This document shows, one piece after another, positions 34,224 through 43,433 of a stretch of DNA of 55,722 nucleotides. A program made the position numbers and the translations under genes. Each line of letters begins with the position of its first letter. Positions within the stretch are counted from its first letter, which is position 1. Source of the DNA: Leptolyngbyaceae cyanobacterium bins.59 (GTDB lineage Bacteria > Cyanobacteriota > Cyanobacteriia > GCF-001939115); contig JANRKG010000083.1 of assembly GCA_033763635.1 (NCBI GenBank), forward strand, positions 1-55,722. The letters are read 5' to 3'. Below the pieces are notes generated by a model that did not search any database, was not told the origin of the DNA, and saw only the letters and a list, made by a program, of their open reading frames with translations.

Positions 34224-35582
34224 TTACGAGAAGTTCTGCTTTCGATCGGGCGGATCTTGAGAGGCTGAAGCTTGAAACGATGCCCCCATGCTGGAGAAGC
34301 CAGGTTGAATTAACCGCACTGAACGATCGTTAAAGAAGTAGGCGTGGAGCCAGCTAATCAGCAGCAGCAGCCGATTCCGAAACCCCGGTAGGTACACGAG
34401 ATGTACCGTCAACCACATCAGCCAGGGGAGAAACCCCGTCAGCAGGACCGGGCCAACTTTCCCTACCCCTGAAAAACAGCCGATGATCGCCAATCTACCT
34501 TTATTGAAATACTGAAAGGGTTGAGGATCGCGCCCCCGCATCTGTCTCTGAATATTGCGAGCGACCGTTACTCCAGCCTGTAATGCTTCAGGTGCAACCC
34601 CTGCCAGTGGTTTTCCCTGCTGTTCGATATGGGCAGTGTCTCCGATCGCATACACTTCTGGATACCCTGGCACCTGGAGCGTCGGTCGCACAAAAACTCG
34701 ATTGCGGGTTGCAGTCGGTAAGTGTTCTGTCCCTGCTAGCAAATTGGCATCCAGTCCAGCAGTCCAGATGACGGTTTCAGTAGGAATTTTTTGTCCATTG
34801 GTCAGATACACGGTATCTTCTGTGACGCGATTGACGCGTGCTTGCAAATACACCTCTACTCCAATTTGGCGAAGTCGCTTGCGGGTATAGTCTCCTAACG
34901 AGGAAGGGAGTTCTGCCAGCAACCGATCGCCCGCATGGAGCAGAATAATCTGCACTTGCCGTAAGTCCAGCGTGGAGTAATCTCGTTTCAGGGGGCCTCG
35001 AATGAGTTCAGTCAGCGCACCTGCCACCTCAATGCCTGTTGCGCCACCCCCCACGATTGTAAAGGTGAGTAACTGCTGTCGGCGTTGGGGATCGGGTTCC
35101 CAGGCAGCGGCTTCAAACTGTTTGAGAATATGGCTGCGTAGGACGATCGCATCCTCTAAACTTCCCAACAATAAACCGTGTTGCGCCACCCCCGACACCC
35201 CCAGAAATTGGGGTTTGCTTCCGGTTGCCAGCACGAGATAGTCGTAGGGCAACGGTCCGCCCTCCGTCTCCACGATCCGGTTTTTCAGATCGACCCGCTG
35301 CACGGTGGTTCGCAAAAAACGCACCCCTGCCCTCGACGATCGGGGTGCAAACCGTCGTAGGAGAGTGCGAATGGGAAGGGTTGCCTGCCCGGGTTCAATC
35401 TGAGCGGTGGCAACCTGGTAGAGCAAGGGGACAAAGGTATGGTAGTTGTGTTGGTCAATCAGCAAAACCTCAGCACCCGATCGCCCCAGGGATTGAGCCG
35501 CTTGTAATCCAGCAAATCCAGCCCCGACAATGATCACTTTTGGGGAATGTTGCACAACGAAACCTCGATGCGTGGGTTGCAA
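34224..35582 (-). CDS. Type II NADH dehydrogenase (NDH-2) family FAD/NAD(P)-dependent oxidoreductase
   Basis: KVIIVGAGFAGLQAA (FAD) and FTIVGGGATGIEVAGAL (NAD) dinucleotide folds; GDTA segment. The ORF-track start is a TTG and there is no nearby ATG, so the start is uncertain. Confidence 0.8.
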   Translation of the reverse strand: MQPTHRGFVVQHSPKVIIVGAGFAGLQAAQSLGRSGAEVLLIDQHNYHTFVPLLYQVATAQIEPGQATLPIRTLLRRFAPRSSRAGVRFLRTTVQRVDLKNRIVETEGGPLPYDYLVLATGSKPQFLGVSGVAQHGLLLGSLEDAIVLRSHILKQFEAAAWEPDPQRRQQLLTFTIVGGGATGIEVAGALTELIRGPLKRDYSTLDLRQVQIILLHAGDRLLAELPSSLGDYTRKRLRQIGVEVYLQARVNRVTEDTVYLTNGQKIPTETVIWTAGLDANLLAGTEHLPTATRNRVFVRPTLQVPGYPEVYAIGDTAHIEQQGKPLAGVAPEALQAGVTVARNIQRQMRGRDPQPFQYFNKGRLAIIGCFSGVGKVGPVLLTGFLPWLMWLTVHLVYLPGFRNRLLLLISWLHAYFFNDRSVRLIQPGFSSMGASFQASASQDPPDRKQNFS

Positions 35583-35645
35583 GAAGGAACGGAGGGTTGA
35601 TTATTCGATCATCAATGGGTTAGCAGAATAAACCCCAATATTTTT

Positions 35646-35687
35646 GTATCCAGGGTTACGTTCTTCCGAAAGTGATTTGTATACAGT
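35646..35687 (+). promoter_or_regulatory. Candidate NtcA-activated promoter of xdhABC (GTA-N8-TAC, 22-nt spacer, TAN3T)
   Basis: GTAtccagggtTAC at 35646-35659, a 22-nt spacer, then TACAGT at 35682-35687, about 77 nt upstream of the xdhA ATG. It matches the canonical class II NtcA promoter layout. The motif alone is expected by chance about a dozen times in 55 kb. Confidence 0.35.
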
Positions 35688-35763
35688 ATGCAGTGAAAAA
35701 GTCAGGGGTTAGAAATCAGAATGCCAGGATGCCCTTGATTTGATGCCTCTGATTTCTTGATTC

Positions 35764-37200
35764 ATGCACCCATCTATGCCAGAAACGACGCTGCTCCTGA
35801 CGATTAATGGAAAGTCTCTCCGCCTCAAAGATGTCTCTCCTACAATGACATTGTTGGAGTATCTGCGCCAGAGTGGGCAGGTGGGTACGAAAGAAGGATG
35901 TGGGGATGGAGATTGTGGGGCTTGCACGGTCGCGATCGTGGCTGAAGATGCCAATGGTAAATCCCACTATCAAGCAGTGAATAGTTGTTTGGTGCCGATC
36001 GGGGCACTGGCTGGACGGGAAATTTGGACGGTGGAAGGTATCGGCGAGGGAGACATCCATCCCGTGCAACAGGCAATGATAGAAACGGGGGGATCGCAGT
36101 GTGGGTATTGCACACCGGGTTTTATCATGAGCCTGTTTGCTGCCTATTATCAGGGGCAGGTGGAGGATGGCTGTGTGGAGGGGAATCTCTGTCGATGTAC
36201 GGGATATTTACCGATTCGCAGAGCCACCCATCAGTTAACCGGGGCACAGCCAAACGATCGCTTTACAGAAAAATTGGCCCAGTCCTCGCCTGTCTTACGT
36301 GCCTTAGCCTACGAAGGAAATGAGCAACGGTTTTACCGTCCAACTCAGTTAGAGGAAGTCCTAGACCTGTTGCAACACCACCCGGAAGCAACGCTAGTGG
36401 CGGGGGCTACGGATTTAGGGCTGGAAATGAGCCACCATCGCCAGCACTATCCAGTGATGATTTCCCTAGAAGCGGTGGCAGAAATGCGGGGCATTGCGAT
36501 TCGACCCGATCGGGTCGAGGTTGGGGCTGCTGTGCCTCTCAGTCAGATTGAAACCCAATTGCAGGGCTTGTTCCCTAGTCTAGATGAAATGCTGTTCTGG
36601 TTCGCAGCCCGTCAGGTTCGCAATCGGGCCACGTTGGGGGGCAATATTGGCACCGCTTCCCCCATTGGCGATCTGCCTCCGGTGCTTCTGGCCCTAGATG
36701 CTGAATTGACTCTGGCGAGTGCCTCAGGTCAGCGCATTGTGCCCCTGAAGGAGTTTTTCACGGGCTACCGTCGGACGATTCTGCAACCGGGGGAAGTGAT
36801 TGTGTCGGTTGGCATTCCTCGATCGCTTCCAACAGGAACGGTGCGCCGCCTCAGTCAGTCCTACAAAATTGGCAAGCGGGGAACGGATGACATCAGTATT
36901 GTGGCAGCGGCTTTTACCATTGACCTGGATGGGAAAAATCGGATTGTCCAGGCTCGGCTCGGTTATGGAGGGGTTGCGGCAACTCCTATCCGGGCGATCG
37001 GGGTTGAGAATTTTCTCGTGGGCCAAGCCTGGACTCTCGCAACAGTCCAACAGGTCAAGCCCATGCTCCGGGAAGCTTTTACACCCCTGACGGACCTACG
37101 GGGCAGTGCAGACTATCGGCGGATGCTGGTTGCGAATCTGTTTGAAAAGTTTTTTGTGGAAATGGCAACCCAAGGGGATCGGCAGGAGGTGCTGGCATGA
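35764..37200 (+). CDS. xdhA: Xanthine dehydrogenase small subunit ([2Fe-2S] plus FAD-binding)
   Basis: GTKEGCGDGDCGACTV and CGYCTPGFIMS form the two 2Fe-2S clusters. ATLVAGATDLGLE is the FAD domain. ATGA overlap with xdhB. Confidence 0.85.
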   Translation: MHPSMPETTLLLTINGKSLRLKDVSPTMTLLEYLRQSGQVGTKEGCGDGDCGACTVAIVAEDANGKSHYQAVNSCLVPIGALAGREIWTVEGIGEGDIHPVQQAMIETGGSQCGYCTPGFIMSLFAAYYQGQVEDGCVEGNLCRCTGYLPIRRATHQLTGAQPNDRFTEKLAQSSPVLRALAYEGNEQRFYRPTQLEEVLDLLQHHPEATLVAGATDLGLEMSHHRQHYPVMISLEAVAEMRGIAIRPDRVEVGAAVPLSQIETQLQGLFPSLDEMLFWFAARQVRNRATLGGNIGTASPIGDLPPVLLALDAELTLASASGQRIVPLKEFFTGYRRTILQPGEVIVSVGIPRSLPTGTVRRLSQSYKIGKRGTDDISIVAAAFTIDLDGKNRIVQARLGYGGVAATPIRAIGVENFLVGQAWTLATVQQVKPMLREAFTPLTDLRGSADYRRMLVANLFEKFFVEMATQGDRQEVLA

Positions 37201-39554
37201 GTGGAGTGGGTCAACGGAAAAGTCATGAAAGCGCGATCGGTCATGTGACGGGAAAGGCGGTCTATACCGACGATCAGCGGCTTCCAGTCGGTATGCTGTC
37301 TCTGTATCCGGTGATCTCTCCCCATGCCCATGCTCGGATTACCCGTCTGGATGTCTCTTTGGCCCTGGAAGTGGAGGGTGTGGTGACAGTCCTGACTCCA
37401 GAAGATGTTCCCGGCATGAATAATACGGGAGCGATCATCCCGGATGAGGTGCTTTTACCAACAGATGAGGTGAGCTATTGGGGGCAACCGATCGTCTGGG
37501 TGGTCGGGGAAACGGAAACGGCGGCCCGTTTGGGAGCTGCGAAAGTGATTGCAGAATACGAACCCCTGGAACCCATTCGCACGATTGAAGAGGCGATCGA
37601 GCAACAAAGTTTTCACCTGTCTCCCCAAACGATTCGGCGCGGAAATCCAACCCTGGCTTTGGCACAGGCGGAACACACCTTCACCGGAGAAGTGCAGATG
37701 AATGGGCAGGATCACTTCTACCTGGAAACCCATACCAGTTGGGTGATCCCCGATGGGGAGGGCAACTATCACGTTTATGCCTCGACCCAGCATCCTACGG
37801 AAACTCAGGCGATCGTGGCAGGGGTGTTGGGGGTGCCTGTGAATCGGGTGGTGACAACCTGCTTGCGGATGGGTGGTGGATTTGGGGGCAAGGAAACCCA
37901 GGCCAATCCCTTTGCGTCGATCGCAGCGGTGGCGGTTCACAAAACGGGTCGTCCGGCGCGGGTGCGGTTGCGTCGTCACCACGACATGATCATCACTGGG
38001 AAGCGACACGGCTTCCTGGGACGGTATCGGGTGGGCTTCACTGGAGAAGGGCGGATCACGGCTCTCGATGTGGATCTCTTTTCAGATGGCGGATGGAGTG
38101 CGGATCTGTCTCCTCCGGTCCTCTCGCGGGCACTGGCCCACATTGATAACGCTTACTACATTCCTGATTTAGAAGTCCGGGGTCGCATTGCGAAAACCCA
38201 TAAGGTTTCCAACACAGCCTTTCGGGGCTTTGGGGGACCGCAAGGCATGGTGGTGATCGAGGAAGTGGTCGATCGGGTGGCCCGATCGCTGGGCTTGCCT
38301 CCAGAGGTCGTGCGAGAACGCAACTTTTATCACGGCACTGGAGAAACCTGCACTACCCATTACGGACAGGAAATTGTTGATAATCGCATTCAGCGGGTTT
38401 GGGAGGAAGTGAAGGCAAATGCTCAGTTCGAGGAGCGCAAGGCCGCGATCGTCCAGTTCAATCAATCCAACCCCTATCAAAAGCGCGGGATTGCCATCAC
38501 ACCCGTAAAGTTTGGGATCTCTTTCAATAAAACGCCCTATAACCAGGCGGGAGCTTTGATCCTGATCTACACCGATGGCAGTATTCAACTAAATCATGGG
38601 GGCACGGAGATGGGGCAGGGTCTTCATACGAAGATGCTCCAGGTGGCGGCGACCAGTTTAGGGGTCAGGGTCGATCGCTTCCGGATGATGCCAACCAGCA
38701 CCGACAAGGTACCCAATACTTCTGCCACTTCTGCCTCCAGTGGGTCGGATCTCAATGGGCAAGCGGTTCGGGATGCCTGTCAGACGTTGAAAGCTCGCCT
38801 CGCGCCGATCGCTGCCAGACTGCTGGATCTGGATGGTCCCGAAGAAATGGTGTTTGAGAACGATTGGGTGTACTGCCGTACTTACCCATCGGCGCGGGTG
38901 GCTTTTGAAAAAGTAGTTCAGGAAGCCTACACCAGTCGGATCAGCCTCTCTGCAACCGGATATTACCGAACACCGAATATTCACTGGGACCCGGTAAAGG
39001 GTAAGGGAAAACCCTTCTACTACTACGCCTATGGCTCGGCAGTGAGTGAAGTGGAAGTGGATGGGTTTACAGGCACCTTCAGACTGCGACGGGTGGATAT
39101 TGTGCATGATGTGGGATCTTCTCTCAATCCCCTTGTGGATCAGGGCCAGATTGAAGGGGGCTTTGTGCAGGGGATGGGATGGCTGACTATGGAAGAACTG
39201 GTATGGGACGACCAGGCTCGGCTCCGCACCTTTGCTCCCAGTACCTACAAAATTCCCACCATCAGTGAAGTCCCAGAAGCATTTCATATCCACTTACTAG
39301 AGCGGGCGGCTCAGGATGGGGTGATCTATGGGAGCAAGGCCGTCGGAGAACCTCCCTTTATGTTGGCGCTCTCAGTGCGGGAAGCGTTACGGGATGCAGT
39401 TGCTGCTTTCGCGCCTGTTGATGTTGCGATCACTGCTGTTCCCCTGGCCTGTCCTGCCACTCCGGAAGCGACCCTGTGGGCGATCGAGCAAATCCGCTCG
39501 GCTGGGCTTTCCCAGGAAACGCCTCCTGCCCTGCAACTGTCTCCGACTCCATGA
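37197..39554 (+). CDS. xdhB: Xanthine dehydrogenase molybdopterin-binding subunit
   Basis: 785 aa. Contains GGGFGGKE, FRGFGGPQG, GTEMGQG and GEPP, typical of the XDH/aldehyde oxidase MoCo subunit. Confidence 0.9.
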   Translation: MSGVGQRKSHESAIGHVTGKAVYTDDQRLPVGMLSLYPVISPHAHARITRLDVSLALEVEGVVTVLTPEDVPGMNNTGAIIPDEVLLPTDEVSYWGQPIVWVVGETETAARLGAAKVIAEYEPLEPIRTIEEAIEQQSFHLSPQTIRRGNPTLALAQAEHTFTGEVQMNGQDHFYLETHTSWVIPDGEGNYHVYASTQHPTETQAIVAGVLGVPVNRVVTTCLRMGGGFGGKETQANPFASIAAVAVHKTGRPARVRLRRHHDMIITGKRHGFLGRYRVGFTGEGRITALDVDLFSDGGWSADLSPPVLSRALAHIDNAYYIPDLEVRGRIAKTHKVSNTAFRGFGGPQGMVVIEEVVDRVARSLGLPPEVVRERNFYHGTGETCTTHYGQEIVDNRIQRVWEEVKANAQFEERKAAIVQFNQSNPYQKRGIAITPVKFGISFNKTPYNQAGALILIYTDGSIQLNHGGTEMGQGLHTKMLQVAATSLGVRVDRFRMMPTSTDKVPNTSATSASSGSDLNGQAVRDACQTLKARLAPIAARLLDLDGPEEMVFENDWVYCRTYPSARVAFEKVVQEAYTSRISLSATGYYRTPNIHWDPVKGKGKPFYYYAYGSAVSEVEVDGFTGTFRLRRVDIVHDVGSSLNPLVDQGQIEGGFVQGMGWLTMEELVWDDQARLRTFAPSTYKIPTISEVPEAFHIHLLERAAQDGVIYGSKAVGEPPFMLALSVREALRDAVAAFAPVDVAITAVPLACPATPEATLWAIEQIRSAGLSQETPPALQLSPTP

Positions 39555-40534
39555 CGAGCCGCTGGGATCACGACCTGATTGAATTGCTCAAGACAGGTCC
39601 GGCTGTGTTGGCAACGGTGGTTCAGGTGCGGGGATCAGTGCCCAGGGAAGTGGGTGCCCGGATGGTTGTGAATGCTCAGGGGCAGATCTGGGGTACGATT
39701 GGGGGAGGAGCGGGTGAAGCGAAGGTGATCCGGCAAGCGTTGGAGGCACTGTCAACGGGGATCAGCCGCAGCATTGAGATTGACCTTACAGGGGCTTCCC
39801 ATCAGGAAACCCAGGGCGTATGCGGTGGAATCATGCGAGTGTGGTTGGGCTATTGGGAGGGAGAAGCGGCTCTGGCGATCGCCCACCGCATTCAAACAAC
39901 CCTGAATCAGGGAAAATCCCTCACTCTGATCACACCCCTAAACCCGGATCAGGTTGCCTACGTGGTAGATAGCCCTCCCCACATCCTGCCAGCCAATTCG
40001 TTTACTGAAACCCTGCAACCTCGGCCTACCTTACTGATTGTGGGGGCAGGGCATGTTGGGGAGCAATTGGCAAAAACGGCTGCTTCCGTTGGCTTTCAGA
40101 TCGTGGTGCAGGACGATCGCGCTGAGTGGGCCAATTCCCAACGCTATCCCCAGGCCGATCGCCTCTTTAACGATCCCATTGCTGTTGCTCTGAAAAACTT
40201 AGCTCATCATTCCCAACTCTATGTTGCCCTTGTAACACGCGGGTATCAGTACGATCTGGAAGCCCTGGAAGCCTTGCTAAATCGGTCGATTCACTGCCAA
40301 TACATCGGCATGATTGGCAGTGAAAAACGGATTCGTCAAGTGTATGAAGAACTGATTCAACAAGGGTTTCCAGATGTTAAACTGCGATCGATCTATGCGC
40401 CGATCGGTCTGGATATTGGTGCCTTATCCCCTGAAGAAATCGCTGTGAGCATTGCGGCAGAACTCATCCTGGTGCGACGGGGTGGCACTGGGAAACCTTT
40501 ATCACACCTTAGGCAATCAAAGGTTTATCCCTAA
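39551..40534 (+). CDS. xdhC: XdhC/CoxI-family accessory (molybdenum cofactor insertion) protein
   Basis: ATGA overlap with the xdhB stop at 39551-39554. N-terminal XdhC domain (ATVVQVRGSVPREVGARM) and a Rossmann-like LLIVGAGHVGEQLA. The longer ORF start at 39476 lies inside xdhB. Confidence 0.8.
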   Translation: MTSRWDHDLIELLKTGPAVLATVVQVRGSVPREVGARMVVNAQGQIWGTIGGGAGEAKVIRQALEALSTGISRSIEIDLTGASHQETQGVCGGIMRVWLGYWEGEAALAIAHRIQTTLNQGKSLTLITPLNPDQVAYVVDSPPHILPANSFTETLQPRPTLLIVGAGHVGEQLAKTAASVGFQIVVQDDRAEWANSQRYPQADRLFNDPIAVALKNLAHHSQLYVALVTRGYQYDLEALEALLNRSIHCQYIGMIGSEKRIRQVYEELIQQGFPDVKLRSIYAPIGLDIGALSPEEIAVSIAAELILVRRGGTGKPLSHLRQSKVYP

Positions 40535-40539
40535 AACAA

Positions 40540-40566
40540 GAGAGATATTCCAGAGGAATATCTCTC
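40540..40566. terminator. Perfect 12-bp hairpin between convergent xdhC and the PG-binding gene
   Basis: gagagatattcc-aga-ggaatatctctc. An A-rich 5' flank gives a U-tail on the minus-strand transcript. The tail on the plus strand is weak. Confidence 0.5.
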
Positions 40567-40659
40567 AATCAAAATCTGAATTGTCTTTTGCTTTTCAGAA
40601 ACTAAGAGACGGAGGTTAGGGGGGAAGGCTAGAACTTGTTCACTCCCTAACCTTGCCAA

Positions 40660-41505
40660 CTACTGAACCCGCAGAAACTGTCCTGATGCCCATCCACCGC
40701 GAGTTAACTCATACCACCCGCCGGACTGCCGCCCCGTAATGCTGATCGTTGCTCCATTTGCAACTCGATCGACTACAGTAGCGGTTGAACTGGGCTGATT
40801 CCGAACATTGAGCCGTCCTCCACTGGTTCTCACAATCGCCGAAGAACCCGTCACGACCCCGCCACCGCCTGTTCCGGTCCCAGTTGCTGAGGTATAGGTC
40901 AAAGCAATCCATCCTTCTCGACCTGCCAGCTTCACAAAACCATTGCTTTGTTGACTGCGATCGATTTGAACCTGCTGCCCTCGACTCAGGGAACCGACTT
41001 GGGCCGAGTTGCTGGTTGCAAGGGCACGAATCCGGAGCCGGGAAGCCGTAATGGTGACGGTATTGGGGCTGATCGCGCCTCCGGGGGACGTTGTGCCACC
41101 ACCACCACCACCACCAACAGCGTAGGGACCTAAGGTACTAGACGTTGCAATTCCCAGGGCGATCGCAGTTCGTGGACCCACGACTCCATCCGCAGTCAAT
41201 CCCCTCTGCCGTTGAAACTCGCGCACTGCTGCCTGGGTCTGAGAGCCGTATGATCCATCCACGGCTGTAATAATTCCAAAGTTTCTCAGGGCTGATTGTA
41301 CATTGGTGACAGCCTGCCCCTTACTACCAACCCCAACCACTGCCTCAGCCGAAGACCCCATCACCAGGCCAGACAAAACCAGGCTTGCCCCAACGGCTCC
41401 TACAACCGTAGAGGAAGGCAGCATATTTTGGAAGGAACGAAGTGTTGGTTCAGGGTTTGGGCTTTCATACCCTACGGCAGCGTGAACAAAAGCGAGTGTT
41501 TCCAT
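40660..41505 (-). CDS. Peptidoglycan-binding domain protein with two SH3b-like domains
   Basis: PG_binding_1-like VQSALRNFGIITAVDGSYGSQTQAAVREFQRQRGLTADGVVGPRT, followed by two SH3-like repeats (LRIRALATSNS...; LNVRNQPSS...) separated by poly-Gly/Thr linkers. Confidence 0.7.
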   Translation of the reverse strand: METLAFVHAAVGYESPNPEPTLRSFQNMLPSSTVVGAVGASLVLSGLVMGSSAEAVVGVGSKGQAVTNVQSALRNFGIITAVDGSYGSQTQAAVREFQRQRGLTADGVVGPRTAIALGIATSSTLGPYAVGGGGGGGTTSPGGAISPNTVTITASRLRIRALATSNSAQVGSLSRGQQVQIDRSQQSNGFVKLAGREGWIALTYTSATGTGTGGGGVVTGSSAIVRTSGGRLNVRNQPSSTATVVDRVANGATISITGRQSGGWYELTRGGWASGQFLRVQ

Positions 41506-41763
41506 AGGCCCTCTAAGTTTCTAAAACCGTAGCAGATTGCATTTTAAAGTGCGATCGGTAATGCACAGGCAGATATTCCTTTCCCAATAATAACCGTGAT
41601 AAAAACCTGGTGATAAAAACACCCAGATTTTATGTCTACGGAAGGAACGGTTATTCACTAGCGTGGGAATACCCTGTGCAACGTTTCATTAGAAATCTAA
41701 CTGTTGAGAAACTAACTTTTTCTTGATCCCCTTATGAAGGGTATGAATTTTCCAAAATTCCTT

Positions 41764-42570
41764 CTACCCTTGTCGGATCGCATAGTGATATTCGGGGGTA
41801 GGGAATCCAGCCTGACCAAAGCTTTCCCGAATCACCATGTTGGTATCAAAATAAACTTGCCAGTAATGCTCATTGTTGCAGTAAGGTCTTACTGCTAGAA
41901 CAGGTCCAGCCAGATTGAATTCTAAAATTTCCACATCGGGAGCAGGCGCGGAAATCACATTGGGAATTTGGCTCAACCGAGTTTTTAATAGGTTGATTGC
42001 TTCCTTCGGATCAACGGAGTGATTGAGTTGAGCGACCAAATCCACCCGTCGATAGGGATTGACAGAAAAGTTTTGAATATTGTCGGCAAAGATTTTGTTA
42101 TTGGCGACGATATTCAACACATTATCGAGAGTAGTAATGGAAGTTACAAATAGTCCAATTTCTTGAACCGTTCCGGTCACTCCCCCTGCACAAATAAAGT
42201 CGCCAACCTTAAAGGGCCGAAAGATAACCAGGAAGACTCCCGCTGCAAAGTTTGCGAGCAAACCACTCCATGCTGCCCCAATCGCTACCCCTGCGGCGGC
42301 TAGCAACGCAGCAAAGGAAGTGGTTTCGACACCAAAGAATCCCAGAATGGCAACAATCAGAATAATCTGAAGGGCCACAGAGACGATATTGACTGTGTAA
42401 TTGACAACGGTGGCATCTACAGGTTGCCCTTTCAGGCTCCGGCGAATTAACGCCGTTCCCATGTTAATTAGCCAGCGACCGACAACCCACAGGGCGATCG
42501 CACCGATCGCCTGGAAAACGAACGCAACAACGATCGTGTTGACAGTCGTGATAATTGGACCTAAATCCAT
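41764..42570 (-). CDS. Small-conductance mechanosensitive channel (MscS family)
   Basis: Three N-terminal TMs, the pore helix region GAAWSGLLANFAAGVFLVIFRPFKVGD, and a beta-domain GTVQEIGLFVTSITTLDN. Confidence 0.85.
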   Translation of the reverse strand: MDLGPIITTVNTIVVAFVFQAIGAIALWVVGRWLINMGTALIRRSLKGQPVDATVVNYTVNIVSVALQIILIVAILGFFGVETTSFAALLAAAGVAIGAAWSGLLANFAAGVFLVIFRPFKVGDFICAGGVTGTVQEIGLFVTSITTLDNVLNIVANNKIFADNIQNFSVNPYRRVDLVAQLNHSVDPKEAINLLKTRLSQIPNVISAPAPDVEILEFNLAGPVLAVRPYCNNEHYWQVYFDTNMVIRESFGQAGFPTPEYHYAIRQG

Positions 42571-43433
42571 AATTCTCCTCTACCCGTACAGAGCTTAATG
42601 AAGTGATGTTCCCTGGAAGTGGAAAGACAGTGATTCCAGGACGAAACCTTAGGGAACTGCCAAAACCAAGAACAATTTTATGTTTGGGATTTGGCAATCC
42701 TGAAACTTGGAAACACAAAGACACTCGTGAAACCACAAAGTCCCAGAGTACCAAGACCCAAGGAAAAAGTCCTAAGTAACGGGCCTTTCACAAAAATTGA
42801 GGGTAATGACAGCAAGCTAGACAAAGAAAGAATAGTCTTTTCTGAAAAGTTTTTGCAAGGATTCCACATTCTTTAACTTTTGAAGGATTTCTCCAATTCC
42901 TTTTTCTCCTTGCCCATTTACACAACCGTCACACACAGGAGGGTATGAATGAATTTATGGTCAAAGCCAAACTAACCTTGTGGATTCTGCTGAAAATTAA
43001 GATAACTTGAAATCAAGCCTGGTAAAAAACCGGACGATTTCTGAACACTCACAAGATTAAAGTGAAAATATAAAGACTAATTGCTTGTAACGCAAATTTC
43101 CGAGGTGGAACTTCCTCAAAGCGTAGGGTTACATAGCAAGCAACGCCACAGTTAGGAAAATAAACAAGACAGTAAATAAGACAGTAAATAAAACTGTCAA
43201 CACAAAAAGCCTCAACACAAAAAGCTCCACCAGAACCAGCGAAAACAATCGCAAGTGTGGCAAATCGTCAATCTAGCAGTAGTTTAGCAGCAAGAGTGTA
43301 TTCCCTACAGGTAAGGTGAATCGTATGTCTCGCAACTATCACAACCAACCATTCATTAAAATCGTGTATTCCCAAGTGAAGGTCAATGGCAAGTTGGAAC
43401 TCGTTCCGATGGAACTTTATGCGGACGGTTCTC

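Noticed and set aside
37455-39293. Several 135-211-aa ORFs in other frames and on the opposite strand within xdhB
   Set aside because: All overlap the strongly supported molybdopterin subunit and show no motifs. They are treated as shadow ORFs.
39476-39550. Longer XdhC start at 39476
   Set aside because: It lies inside the xdhB coding sequence. The ATGA overlap at 39551 is the standard junction, and the extension adds no conserved residues.
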